64,000 nt of DNA from an uncultured bacterium (GTDB taxonomy: Bacteria; Zixibacteria; MSB-5A5; UBA10806; 4484-95), in contig CBFDEC010000004.1 of assembly GCA_965603725.1 (NCBI GenBank), positions 39,147-103,146 on the forward strand, written 5' to 3'. Shown here one piece after another: positions 36,083 to 45,797 of this stretch. The first letter of the stretch is position 1, and each line of letters begins with the position of its first letter. A model generated the notes under the pieces. That model was not told where the DNA came from. It worked only from the letters and a program-made list of their open reading frames with translations, and did no database searches. The translations under genes were made by a program, and so were the position numbers.

Positions 36083-38413
36083 ATGGGTATTGCCGGATCA
36101 ATTGAAGGAATAATATCAGGTTTCAATACGACTGAGATAATTGAAGCTATTATGCAGTACGAACGCCGCCAGGTAGATTTGTATGTGCAAAAACAGACTA
36201 ATCAAACCAACAGGCTTACAACCTGGAATTCTATTGAAGCCATGTTGACGAGCGTGAAAATCCAGGCTGGTTATTTATCGGATGAAAACCTGTGGTATGC
36301 CAAAACAGCCGCCTCGTCAAATGAAGACGAGATAACGGTCTCCTCGACTAATGATGCCGCTCCCGGAACTTATTTCCTTACGGTTGACCAGCTTGCCACT
36401 CATCACCAGATAGCCAGCCAGGGAATCGGATCATTAACTGATAATATGGGAGCTGGCACAATTGAAATCAGCACCGGGTCGAGCAGTCCGACAATTATAA
36501 CAATCGATTCCAGCAACAATACGTTGTCGGCTTTGAAAGATGCCATTAACAATTCCAATGCTAATGCTACAGCGGCCATTATTAATGATGGTTCGGAACA
36601 TAATCCCTATCGGCTTGTCTTAACCGCCAAAGATTCCGGCGCCGCCAGTGAAATCACTTTTGTATCGAACCTGGAGGGCGGAACCGCTCCGGATTTTTCT
36701 CCGGGTTTTGACCGGACTGAATTGTTATCCTGGGATGGTTTGGCAACCTCCAACCCTTTTGTCACATCAGATGCCTCATATACCGGCAACGTGAATAAGA
36801 CTTATACACTTACAATAGGAGGAACGGGCGCCCAGACTATCGGCGATGGCGATATCACTGTCAACTGGACCGATGGCACAAACAGCGGTTCTATTACTGT
36901 TTCAGAGGCCGGTACGGATATCGCATTAACCGGAGCTGGCGCGGATGGTCTGAGCATCTATTTTTCAGCCGGCGATCTTGTAGCCGGCGATACATTTCAG
37001 GTGCAGGCATTCGCCCCGACAATCCAGAATGGCCAGGACGCTGTTGTGCAGTTGGGCAGCTCCGATGGCGGCGGCTCTCCAATTTCATTCAATTCGTCAT
37101 CCAATACAATCACCACTCTTATTGAGGGAGTGACTATTGACCTGCACTCAGTGAGCGATGGAGATCCGGTGGAGATTTCTATTTCTGAAGACAGGTCGCA
37201 AATAAAGGAATATTTGAACTCATTCGTCGATAAGTTTAATGAGTATCAGGAGCTTGTTAACGACCAGTTTTCATTCGATCCGGGAGTAGGCAAGGCGGGC
37301 GTCCTCCTCGGAGATAATTCCCTGATGATTCTTTATAACGATATCAGGTCAACAATCACCAGGGTTCTTGATGGCCGTCCGGATGATATGAAAATGCTCT
37401 CACAGGCGGGCATTACTTTTGATTCACGGGGAAGGCTGTCATTTGACGAATCTGTATTCGATGAAAAGGTTGAGGATAATTTTGAAGACTTGGTAAATCT
37501 TTTCAAGTCTAATGGCACAACTAACACCACTTATGTCGAGTACGTCTCATCGACCGGCGCCACCAGAATTTCGACCACCGGTTACGAGATAGATATCACC
37601 CAGGCCGCTTCTAAAGGAACGCTTACCGGAACCAGCATTACCGATCCAGCAACAACGCCTTTAACTCTCGACTCCACAAATAATGTATTGAAGTTTGAGA
37701 TAAATAATATCATTAGCAGCGACATAGTCCTGACCGAAAAAACCTATAACTCCGGCGATGAATTGGCCGAGGAAATAGAAAATGCAATAAACAGCGATTC
37801 CAATCTGGCAGGGTCTGGCATCGAAGTGGAATGGGTTAATAACGGCACAACAGGCAATCTGGTGATTTACTCGAGCACTTACGGTTCAAGTTCCACGGTG
37901 ACTCTCGATGTGGATCCCGACAACAGCGCTCATAGCATCCTGGGGCTAAGTAACGGCGTCTCTGAAACCGGGTTGGATGTAGAGGGAACAATAAATGGCG
38001 AATCGGCAACCGGAAATGGACAATACTTAACCGGAGATAGTGATAATGAAAGCACAGCCGGTTTAAAGCTGTTGGTTACTTTTACAGCCGATGATCTGGT
38101 GGAGGGGGCTGAGGATGTTATTACTTTTAATAAAGGAATCGCCTCAACCTTGACCGAAAAAATCACTTCCTATATTGATCCGTATGATGGGATAATTGGC
38201 AGAAAGAAAGATACTATCGAATCTCAGATTGATATAATTTCCGATCAGATTGAATCATTAGAAGAGTTACTTGAGAGAAAAAGAGCCTCTTTATACAGGC
38301 AATTCGTTGCTATGGAACAAGCGCTTGGTCAATTACAGGCCCAACAGGAGTACCTGACCTCAATTATTTCCGGGCTGAATCGGAACTGGGTGTTATTTTC
38401 AAAATCAGGATGA
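36083..38413 (+). CDS. fliD: Flagellar filament cap protein FliD (HAP2), enlarged to 776 aa.
   Basis: N-terminus MGIAGSIEGIISGFNTTEIIEAIMQYERRQVDLYVQKQ… and the C-terminal FliD helices. Confidence 0.85.
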   Translation: MGIAGSIEGIISGFNTTEIIEAIMQYERRQVDLYVQKQTNQTNRLTTWNSIEAMLTSVKIQAGYLSDENLWYAKTAASSNEDEITVSSTNDAAPGTYFLTVDQLATHHQIASQGIGSLTDNMGAGTIEISTGSSSPTIITIDSSNNTLSALKDAINNSNANATAAIINDGSEHNPYRLVLTAKDSGAASEITFVSNLEGGTAPDFSPGFDRTELLSWDGLATSNPFVTSDASYTGNVNKTYTLTIGGTGAQTIGDGDITVNWTDGTNSGSITVSEAGTDIALTGAGADGLSIYFSAGDLVAGDTFQVQAFAPTIQNGQDAVVQLGSSDGGGSPISFNSSSNTITTLIEGVTIDLHSVSDGDPVEISISEDRSQIKEYLNSFVDKFNEYQELVNDQFSFDPGVGKAGVLLGDNSLMILYNDIRSTITRVLDGRPDDMKMLSQAGITFDSRGRLSFDESVFDEKVEDNFEDLVNLFKSNGTTNTTYVEYVSSTGATRISTTGYEIDITQAASKGTLTGTSITDPATTPLTLDSTNNVLKFEINNIISSDIVLTEKTYNSGDELAEEIENAINSDSNLAGSGIEVEWVNNGTTGNLVIYSSTYGSSSTVTLDVDPDNSAHSILGLSNGVSETGLDVEGTINGESATGNGQYLTGDSDNESTAGLKLLVTFTADDLVEGAEDVITFNKGIASTLTEKITSYIDPYDGIIGRKKDTIESQIDIISDQIESLEELLERKRASLYRQFVAMEQALGQLQAQQEYLTSIISGLNRNWVLFSKSG

Positions 38414-38435
38414 TATAGACAACCAAGGATAATTA

Positions 38436-38870
38436 ATGGACAATAATTTAAAAACATACCAGCAAATGCATGTATCCGGTCTGAATCAGAAGGAACTTAT
38501 TGTTTTACTTTACACCGGAGCCTTGAAGTATATTGATGAGGGACGGGACTTGATCTTAAAAAATGATGTTCCCGGAACCTTTGAAAAACTTAACAAAGCC
38601 AGAAATATTTTCGTTCATCTTCTGTCAACATTAAATATGGAAAGCGGGGGAGACCTGGCTGCTAAGCTCTCGGCTCTATATGCCTATTTCATTGAGAAAA
38701 TCACTATGGCAAATGCAACAAAAAAAGTTGATGAATTAGATGTAGTAATTCCTTTAATTAAGAGCATTAAAGAATCCTGGGAAAAGATAGATATTAATGA
38801 TGAGAGTATTCCGGAAAGCAAGAAAACGACATTTGCAAAACCGGCACAGATGTTTTCTGCGGAGGTGTAA
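38436..38870 (+). CDS. fliS: Flagellin-specific chaperone FliS
   Basis: …LIVLLYTGALKYIDEG…, 144 aa. Confidence 0.8.
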   Translation: MDNNLKTYQQMHVSGLNQKELIVLLYTGALKYIDEGRDLILKNDVPGTFEKLNKARNIFVHLLSTLNMESGGDLAAKLSALYAYFIEKITMANATKKVDELDVVIPLIKSIKESWEKIDINDESIPESKKTTFAKPAQMFSAEV

Positions 38871-39283
38871 TGTTGGTATCAAGTCGGGAAATTAACGATC
38901 TAATGAAGGCTCAACTCTGTATCTATAAGGAGATTGAATCGCTATTGGATAAAACTGTCAATAATAAACAGGGCTCGGTTTGGGCCTATGAACAGGTCAA
39001 GGAAATTGACATTCTTTTTAGCAAATTAAAAGTCCTGGACGAACAGAGAAATAAAATAGTCGTTAGCCAAATCGATTTTAAAAATAACCCTGAATTGAAA
39101 ACATTAACAGATGAGTTAATAATTATAATGTTAAATATTAAGCGGCGAATAGGAGTGCTGCAGGTCCGGATTAAAGGGGGACAACAACATGTGCTGTCAT
39201 CAATAAAAAATGTTATAAGGAATATGGAAATAAATGGTTATAAAAATAATATAATGAAAGAATCTAAAATATGTATAGGTTAA
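38870..39283 (+). CDS. Hypothetical helical protein in the FliT position. This is a speculative FliT-like chaperone.
   Basis: Translationally coupled to fliS (TAATG overlap). 137 aa, helical. No motif seen. Confidence 0.35.
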   Translation: MLVSSREINDLMKAQLCIYKEIESLLDKTVNNKQGSVWAYEQVKEIDILFSKLKVLDEQRNKIVVSQIDFKNNPELKTLTDELIIIMLNIKRRIGVLQVRIKGGQQHVLSSIKNVIRNMEINGYKNNIMKESKICIG

Positions 39284-39308
39284 GGTTTGATATGTCAGTT
39301 CCGATAAT
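39280..39308 (+). promoter_or_regulatory. Sigma-28 promoter upstream of flgM (TTAA-N16-tCCGATAAT)
   Basis: -10 CCGATAAT (39301-39308) matches GCCGATAA at 7 of 8 positions. It lies 18 nt upstream of the flgM ATG. flgM is classically FliA-dependent. Confidence 0.5.
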
Positions 39309-39325
39309 AGATATAGAGGCGCTAT

Positions 39326-39811
39326 ATGAAAATTGAAGGTTTTGGACCTCCACAACAATCGGAACCCAAAGGTAAAAAACCAGGGACGTCCGGAAAACAA
39401 GAGAAGACTGCTAAAAAGCAGACGGCTGATTCTGACAGCATAGATCTGGTAAAGTCAAATAAGCTGTTAGATAAAGCCGGCTATTCTGATAAAGTCCAGA
39501 AAAGTGGGTTACCGGATCAGGGCATAAAAAAAGATCTCGTTGAAGTTAAACTGAAATCCTCATTCGGATTCTACGATACTGACAAGACAAAAGAAGAAAC
39601 TTCTGAAAAACTTATCGACAGCAAAGATTTAAAAAATGTTGTTGAAGAGTATCACCTTTCAAATCTGAGCAAGGAAATACTCGCGAAAGCGTCTGATGTT
39701 CGTCATGAAAAAGTTGCGGAGGTTAAGCAGAAAATGGCAGAAGGTTTTTATGATGACCCCGCAAATTACAGCCTCTTTGCCGATAAGTTGATGGATCATT
39801 TTGGCATGTAG
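39326..39811 (+). CDS. flgM: Anti-sigma-28 factor FlgM (a long form)
   Basis: C-terminal sigma-28-binding motif …KVAEVKQKMAEGFYDDPANYSLFADKLMDHFG…. The N-terminus is Lys/Ser-rich and looks disordered. Confidence 0.65.
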   Translation: MKIEGFGPPQQSEPKGKKPGTSGKQEKTAKKQTADSDSIDLVKSNKLLDKAGYSDKVQKSGLPDQGIKKDLVEVKLKSSFGFYDTDKTKEETSEKLIDSKDLKNVVEEYHLSNLSKEILAKASDVRHEKVAEVKQKMAEGFYDDPANYSLFADKLMDHFGM

Positions 39812-39847
39812 ATTTCATTGACCTTATTGAGATCGAGAGTTTGACAT

Positions 39848-40744
39848 ATGCCGGATATTGATATTTCTGCCGAAAAAAAGATAAAATTAGTAATCAACCG
39901 AATTCATAACCTCCCAACGCCGCCTATAGTGTTTACCCAGGTTAATAGGGTTTTGAACAATCCAGATACCTCGGCTTACCAGATCGGCGCTATTATTTCT
40001 GAAGACCCGGCTTTAACCGCCAAAATCTTGAAGTTGACAAATTCAGCCTTTTATGGTTTGCCTCGAACGGTTACGAGTGTCAAGCAGGCAATTGTCATAC
40101 TTGGATTGGACGCAGTTCGCAGCCTGGTTTTATCGGCCTCGGTTTTTGAGACCTTTTCAAAACAGAGTAATATTGATAAGGATTATCTTGATTCGTTCTG
40201 GCGTCATTCACTTTCGGTGGGTTTTATGTCGCGAATAATTTCTCGAACAAAGAATTTCCCTTCTTTTCTTGAGGCCGAGGAATCGTTCTCGGCCGGTTTG
40301 CTGCATGACATAGGTAAAATAGTTATTTTTGCACATCTGCCAAAAGAATTCAAACAGATAAGAAAAGCTATAAGAGAAAACCCTCAAGAGGACCACTGTA
40401 CCATTGAAGAGCAAGCGCTGGGATTCGATCATGCCCTGGTGGGCAGCTGTCTTGCCCGGAAATGGAATCTTCCCGATGAGCTTGCTACAGCTATAAGGTA
40501 TCATCACAACCCCGAGGAAGATGATGAGGATAATATTAATACGCATATTATTCATCTTTCAAATTATCTATCAAAAATTAACGAACAGGAAAACAGTTCG
40601 TTTTATGAAAAAGATATCTACTGCAACCCGATTGCCTGGGAGAAACTGGGCTTAAGACCCGACCAGGAGGAGCAGTTAATTCAAGTTCTACAAACTGAAT
40701 ATATGAAAGCTGAAACCTTCTTAAACATGGCCCGCGGCGACTGA
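39848..40744 (+). CDS. HDOD-domain protein (HD-related output domain)
   Basis: …SAFYGLPRTVTSVKQAIVILGLDAVRSL…GLLHDIGKIV… matches HDOD. Confidence 0.7.
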   Translation: MPDIDISAEKKIKLVINRIHNLPTPPIVFTQVNRVLNNPDTSAYQIGAIISEDPALTAKILKLTNSAFYGLPRTVTSVKQAIVILGLDAVRSLVLSASVFETFSKQSNIDKDYLDSFWRHSLSVGFMSRIISRTKNFPSFLEAEESFSAGLLHDIGKIVIFAHLPKEFKQIRKAIRENPQEDHCTIEEQALGFDHALVGSCLARKWNLPDELATAIRYHHNPEEDDEDNINTHIIHLSNYLSKINEQENSSFYEKDIYCNPIAWEKLGLRPDQEEQLIQVLQTEYMKAETFLNMARGD

Positions 40745-41121
40745 TGACCATCGAAATCACTCCTCATCAAAAGCGCAAAATGAAAGAAATGGTTGACGAA
40801 ATAATTGTCAACCATGGCATATTAAAGATAAGCGACCGCCAGGCGCGAGTCGATGGTATGAATATTGAGCAATTAAGCAAAATAGCTTTCAGATATTATA
40901 AAATGATTTTCAGCGGAGAAAGCCCGCTTGATATAGGTGAGATAACAAAACCTGACACTTCATATAACTCAGCCGCCAAACAGCAGGCCAATCAGCAAAA
41001 CTGCATCGGATGCAATCGGGAACTCGATGATGAGGATATCAAAAAAAGAATGCCGGTATGCGAATCATGCCGGCAAAGAATAAAAATTGAATATGAGATT
41101 TTAAAAGATATTTTTCTTTAA
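40744..41121 (+). CDS. Hypothetical protein with a C-terminal CxxC…CxxC zinc ribbon
   Basis: CIGCNREL…PVCESCRQRI. Translationally coupled to the HDOD gene. Confidence 0.45.
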   Translation: MTIEITPHQKRKMKEMVDEIIVNHGILKISDRQARVDGMNIEQLSKIAFRYYKMIFSGESPLDIGEITKPDTSYNSAAKQQANQQNCIGCNRELDDEDIKKRMPVCESCRQRIKIEYEILKDIFL

Positions 41122-41370
41122 TAAACCCGGAATGAATTTACCTGCAATACTTAGTTAATTTCATGAATTAAAAACATCGTTTATATTTTGCAGCCATGAT
41201 TCACAGCGGGTCTTAAATGGCCTGTTCTATTGCCCGAGTCAGGCAATCTGCCAACATATCCCATATGGCTTGCCATTGCTGTTTATTGCATTAATTTTTT
41301 AAGGCGTTATGCCGAAAAATATGATTAGGATAGATGTATTATCCGGGTTCTTTGAAAGGTTAATTTTTCC

Positions 41371-41399
41371 TTGACTGAATCATGGTAATAGTTAATATT
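41371..41399 (+). promoter_or_regulatory. Sigma-70-like promoter upstream of tRNA-Val (TTGACT-N16/17-TAATAT)
   Basis: -35 TTGACT at 41371-41376 and an AT-rich -10, about 20 nt upstream of the tRNA. Confidence 0.35.
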
Positions 41400-41416
41400 C
41401 AGTCATGTTTGTAGTT

Positions 41417-41493
41417 GGGCGATTAGCTCAGTTGGTTAGAGTGCTTGCTTGACATGCAAGAGGTCACTGGTTCAATTCCAGTATCGCCCACCA
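41417..41493 (+). tRNA. tRNA-Val (anticodon GAC), CCA encoded
   Basis: Cloverleaf by inspection. Acceptor GGGCGAT/ATCGCCC. Anticodon stem CTTGC/GCAAG with loop TTGACAT. T-arm AGGTCACTGGTTCAATTCCAGT. Confidence 0.8.
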
Positions 41494-41543
41494 TAATTGA
41501 GAAAACTCTGAAGTGTATTGATAAATTTGGAGACAATTTTACC

Positions 41544-41572
41544 GACCACTTTGTGTAAGAGTGGTCAGTTTT
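41544..41572 (+). terminator. Intrinsic terminator-like hairpin (GACCACT-N9-AGTGGTC + AGTTTT) between tRNA-Val and thrS
   Basis: 7-bp stem followed by a U-rich tract. It could terminate the tRNA transcript or act as a thrS leader attenuator. Confidence 0.4.
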
Positions 41573-41585
41573 AATTTGAAGTAGG

Positions 41586-43517
41586 ATGATTCTAACTTTT
41601 CCCGATAAGACCTTAAAGGAATTTCCCGACGGCGTTACTGCGGCTGAAGTCGCCGCTTCGATTGGACCAGGGTTGAAAAAAGCGGCTCTGGCGGCCGAGG
41701 TTGACGGTCATCTGGTAGATCTTGAGTATCCTATAAAGAAAAATTCCTCAGTCAGGATTATTACCTATAATGATGATGAAGGTAAAGAGATATTCTGGCA
41801 TTCGTCGGCGCATATTATGGCCTCAGCTATTCTGCGTCTTTATCCTGAAGCGAAGCTGGCTATCGGTCCGGCCATCCCTGATGATTTCCAGGCACGGTTT
41901 TACTATGATATTGATCTTGACCATAGGCTGACCGATAAGGACCTCGAGTCTATAGAGAAAGAAATGGCCAAAATCGTGGCCGAGGATATGCCATTCATAC
42001 ATCTGGAAAAATCTAAGCAGGATGCCGTTAAATACATTACTGATAATGACCCGGCTGACATATATAAGCTTGAGATGGCGGAAGAGTTCGAGGAAGATTC
42101 CATCAGCTTTTATTCTCATGGCAGTTTTACGGATATGTGCCGCGGGCCGCATATCCCGTCAACCGGAAAAGTAAAGGCGTTTAAACTGCTGTCTGTTGCC
42201 GGAGCATACTGGCGTGGCGATGAATCAAACAAGATGCTGCAGCGTATCTATGGAGTTTCGTTCCCTGATAAGAAAATGCTCAAGGAGCATCTTGAGCGGC
42301 TCGAATCAGCCAAACAGAGAGACCATCGGGTAATCGGCAGGGCTTTAGATCTGTTCTCAATCACAGACGAAGTCGGTCCCGGGTTGGTATTGTGGCATCC
42401 TAAAGGGGCATTAATAAGAAACCTGATTGAAGATTTCTGGCGTGAGGAACACCAGAAGAACGGCTATGATATTGTTTTCACGCCTCATATTGCCAGGCTC
42501 GATCTCTGGCGGACCTCCGGCCACCTGGATTTTTATAAAGACAGCATGTATAATCCTTTGGATATTGAAGGCCAGAAGTATCAGCTTAAACCTATGAACT
42601 GCCCTTTTCATATCGCAATTTACAACAGCCGGAAACGTTCATATCGCGATCTCCCGTTCCGCTGGGCTGAGCTGGGAACTGTTTACCGGTTCGAACGTTC
42701 GGGTGTGCTTCAGGGGCTGTTCCGGGTAAGGGGTTTCACCCAGGATGATGCTCATGTTTTTTGCCGTGACGATCAACTCGAGGATGAATTGTTAAAGCTT
42801 TTGGATTTCAACCTGTTCTTTTTAAGGACATTTGGTTTTACTGAATATGAGACGTATCTTTCTACGAGGCCTGACAAATGTGTGGGCACCCTGGAAAGCT
42901 GGGAGAAGGCCACCAATGCGTTGAAACGGGCGCTTGAGAAGAAAAAGCTGGAGTACAAAGTCGATCCCGGGGAAGGCGTGTTTTACGGTCCCAAAATCGA
43001 TGTAAAAATTAAAGATGTGCTGGGCAGGTCGTGGCAGTGTACGACGATTCAGGTTGACTTTAATCTCCCCGATCAGTTTAATATAACTTACACTGGCGAG
43101 GATGGAGCCGACCATCAGGCAGTGACAATACATCGCGCGCTGCTTGGCTCGATGGAAAGGTTCTTCGGCGTTCTAATCGAGCATTATGGCGGCGATTTTC
43201 CGCTATGGTTAGCGCCGGTTCAGGTTAAGGTTTTGCCGGTTGTTGATGAGGTCAATGATTATGCAAAAGAGGTTGGGGAATTCTTCAAGTCTTCAGCGGT
43301 GCGGGTTGAGGTTGATATGCGCAGCCAGAAAATTGGGTACAAAATCCGTGAGGCGGAGAGTTTAAAGATTCCGTATATGCTTATTGTTGGTAAAAAGGAA
43401 TTTTCTGAAGGCAGTGTTTCTGTCCGCAGGCATAAAATTGGAGATGTTGGTTTGGCAGATCCTAAAAGTGTCTTAGCAGAAATTCTTCAGAAAATAAAAA
43501 CTAAATCTCTAAATTAG
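41586..43517 (+). CDS. thrS: Threonyl-tRNA synthetase
   Basis: TGS N-domain and a class II aaRS core (…FRVRGFTQDDAHVFC…). 643 aa. Confidence 0.9.
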   Translation: MILTFPDKTLKEFPDGVTAAEVAASIGPGLKKAALAAEVDGHLVDLEYPIKKNSSVRIITYNDDEGKEIFWHSSAHIMASAILRLYPEAKLAIGPAIPDDFQARFYYDIDLDHRLTDKDLESIEKEMAKIVAEDMPFIHLEKSKQDAVKYITDNDPADIYKLEMAEEFEEDSISFYSHGSFTDMCRGPHIPSTGKVKAFKLLSVAGAYWRGDESNKMLQRIYGVSFPDKKMLKEHLERLESAKQRDHRVIGRALDLFSITDEVGPGLVLWHPKGALIRNLIEDFWREEHQKNGYDIVFTPHIARLDLWRTSGHLDFYKDSMYNPLDIEGQKYQLKPMNCPFHIAIYNSRKRSYRDLPFRWAELGTVYRFERSGVLQGLFRVRGFTQDDAHVFCRDDQLEDELLKLLDFNLFFLRTFGFTEYETYLSTRPDKCVGTLESWEKATNALKRALEKKKLEYKVDPGEGVFYGPKIDVKIKDVLGRSWQCTTIQVDFNLPDQFNITYTGEDGADHQAVTIHRALLGSMERFFGVLIEHYGGDFPLWLAPVQVKVLPVVDEVNDYAKEVGEFFKSSAVRVEVDMRSQKIGYKIREAESLKIPYMLIVGKKEFSEGSVSVRRHKIGDVGLADPKSVLAEILQKIKTKSLN

Positions 43518-43528
43518 GAGGTGTTTTA

Positions 43529-44068
43529 ATAGCCAAGGGACGAGAAACCAGAATCAGGGTCAACTTTAAGATAAGGGCGCCCGAGATCAGGCTGATTGAT
43601 GATGAGGGTCAGCAGGTCGGAATTGTAGTTATTCAGAAAGCTCTTGAAATAGCCAGAAACAAAGGTCTCGATTTAGTCGAGATTTCACCCAATGTCAAGC
43701 CGCCGGTTTGTAAAATCATGGATTTCGGCAAGTATTTGTACGAACAGTCGAAGAAAGCCAAAATCGCCAAGAAAAAACAGCATACGGTCAGCCTTAAGGA
43801 GATGAGATTTAGGCCAAAAACAGAGGAACATGATTATAAGTTCAAGTTAAAGCATGTTATCGAGTTTCTAAACCAGGGCAATAAGGTCAAGGTTTATGTT
43901 GAATTTAGAGGACGAGAAATGACCCATAAAGAACTTGGGACAAAAATATTGGACAGAATTAAACAAGACCTTTTTGATATCGCTGAGCCTGAGGCCGCAT
44001 CTCTCATGGAAGGTCGACGGATGTCTTTAATTTTTGCCGCTAGAAAAGAAAGTAAGGTCAAGACTTAA
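43529..44068 (+). CDS. infC: Translation initiation factor IF-3, with a non-canonical ATA start
   Basis: In-frame IF3 N-domain (…IRLIDDEGQQVGIV…PPVCKIMDFGKY…). The ORF is open back to 43505 with no ATG/GTG/TTG. AGGAGG lies 7 nt before ATA. Confidence 0.8.
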   Translation: MAKGRETRIRVNFKIRAPEIRLIDDEGQQVGIVVIQKALEIARNKGLDLVEISPNVKPPVCKIMDFGKYLYEQSKKAKIAKKKQHTVSLKEMRFRPKTEEHDYKFKLKHVIEFLNQGNKVKVYVEFRGREMTHKELGTKILDRIKQDLFDIAEPEAASLMEGRRMSLIFAARKESKVKT

Positions 44069-44152
44069 TAATATGGTTTAATTGTATTATTTAGATTTTT
44101 GTTGCATAATAATTAATTTTTCATATATTCATCCCGAAACGGGAGAAAGATT

Positions 44153-44347
44153 ATGCCTAAAATTAAGACAAATAAATCGGCCGCTAAAAGGTTTAAAAAA
44201 ACCAGCGCCGGAAAAGTAAAACGATCACATATGAATACGGGTCATATTTTGACAAAAAAAACTGCCAAGCGTAAGAGACAATTACGTAAATCAGCGCTAG
44301 TTCATAAGACAGATATTGGTCGAGTCAAAAGGATGATCCCGTATTGA
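44153..44347 (+). CDS. rpmI: Ribosomal protein L35
   Basis: [17 protein letters not shown]…. Confidence 0.9.
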   Translation: MPKIKTNKSAAKRFKKTSAGKVKRSHMNTGHILTKKTAKRKRQLRKSALVHKTDIGRVKRMIPY

Positions 44348-44367
44348 GAAAATATTAGGGAGTTTTA

Positions 44368-44718
44368 ATGCCCCGTACGAAAAATAACCCGGCTGCTAAA
44401 CGTCGTCACAAGAAGGTGTTAAAGGCGGCCAAGGGCAATTATGGCGGTCGCAGGAGACTGTATCGTACTGCCAAGGAGACGGTTCAGAAAGGGCTGGCGT
44501 ATGCCTATCGTGACCGTCGCCAAAGGAAACGAGATTTCCGCAGATTATGGATTATAAGGATCAACGCAGCAACAAGGCTTTACGGCATGAGCTATTCGCA
44601 ATTTATCAATGGCTTGAAAAAAACCGGTATTGAACTGGATCGCAAAGTCCTGGCCGATTTGGCGGTTCGTGATAGCGAAGGGTTCAGACAGATAGTAGAG
44701 GCCATAAAAGCTGGTTGA
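44368..44718 (+). CDS. rplT: Ribosomal protein L20
   Basis: [19 protein letters not shown]…. Confidence 0.9.
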   Translation: MPRTKNNPAAKRRHKKVLKAAKGNYGGRRRLYRTAKETVQKGLAYAYRDRRQRKRDFRRLWIIRINAATRLYGMSYSQFINGLKKTGIELDRKVLADLAVRDSEGFRQIVEAIKAG

Positions 44719-44783
44719 TCAGCTGATTGCCCTTTATTTAAACCTGATATAGGCTTTTTCAATAAGCCTAAGTGCATATATAA

Positions 44784-45797
44784 ATGAGCGATATATTAAG
44801 CCAGATAAAAGAATTTGAGATTTCTGCATTATCAAGGCTGAGATCGATAACCCGGCAAGAGGACCTTGATGCTTTAAAAATAGAATTGCTGGGTCGGAAG
44901 GGTAAACTTGCGGGATTTTCAAAAAATATCGGTAAAGCACCGGCTGACTTACGCCCAAAAATCGGCGCTGAGATAAACCGCCTTAAAAAAGCAATTCAGG
45001 AAAAAATTGAATTTAAAGATGCTTTATCCAATAAGCTAGCTAAAAAAGATTATTTCGATTATACACTTCCGGTCAGGAGTGATTTTATCGGACATAAACA
45101 TCCGCTTTTGCAAACTGTGGATGATATTGTTTCCATATTTCACGGTATGGGCTATGAAGTAGCCTTCGGACCTGATGTAGAGAGCGATTACTATAATTTC
45201 GATGCTTTAAACACGCCTGAAGATCATCCCTCACGGGATTTATCAGATACATTTTATATAAAAAAAGGCGTTTGCTTGAGGACCCATACATCGCCTGTTC
45301 AAATCCGCACTATGGAAAAGCAAAAGCCGCCGGTCAGGATTATTGCCCCGGGTAGATGTTATCGTTCGGATACCCCGGATGCTTCCCATTCGCCGGTATT
45401 TTATCAATGTGAAGGCCTGTATGTCGATGAGGGGATTACTTTCGCCGATCTAAAGGGCGCTATCACCGCATTTGCCCGATGCATGTTTGGCAAGAAAATG
45501 AAAGTCAGGTTCAGACCTCATTTCTTCCCGTTCACCGAACCGTCAGTGGAATATGATTTTTCATGTGTAATCTGTGGGGGAAAAGGATGCCGGGTTTGTA
45601 AATATAATGGCTGGCTTGAGATTTCAGGAGCCGGTATGGTCGATCCGGAAGTTTTCAAGGCCGTCGGTTATGACAGCGAAAAATATACCGGTTTTGCCTG
45701 GGGTATGGGTATCGATCGGCTGACCATGCTGAGGTACCGGATTGATGATATACGATTGTTATATGAAAATGATGTCAGATTTATAAGGCAGTTTTGA
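44784..45797 (+). CDS. pheS: Phenylalanyl-tRNA synthetase alpha subunit
   Basis: Class II motifs (…FRPHFFPFTEPS…GWLEISGAGMV…). Confidence 0.9.
   Translation: MSDILSQIKEFEISALSRLRSITRQEDLDALKIELLGRKGKLAGFSKNIGKAPADLRPKIGAEINRLKKAIQEKIEFKDALSNKLAKKDYFDYTLPVRSDFIGHKHPLLQTVDDIVSIFHGMGYEVAFGPDVESDYYNFDALNTPEDHPSRDLSDTFYIKKGVCLRTHTSPVQIRTMEKQKPPVRIIAPGRCYRSDTPDASHSPVFYQCEGLYVDEGITFADLKGAITAFARCMFGKKMKVRFRPHFFPFTEPSVEYDFSCVICGGKGCRVCKYNGWLEISGAGMVDPEVFKAVGYDSEKYTGFAWGMGIDRLTMLRYRIDDIRLLYENDVRFIRQF

Noticed and set aside
44069-44152. CCCGAAACGGG hairpin just before the rpmI RBS as an L20 autoregulatory operator.
   Set aside because: The stem is only 4 bp. That is too little to distinguish it from chance. 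It is noted but not called.
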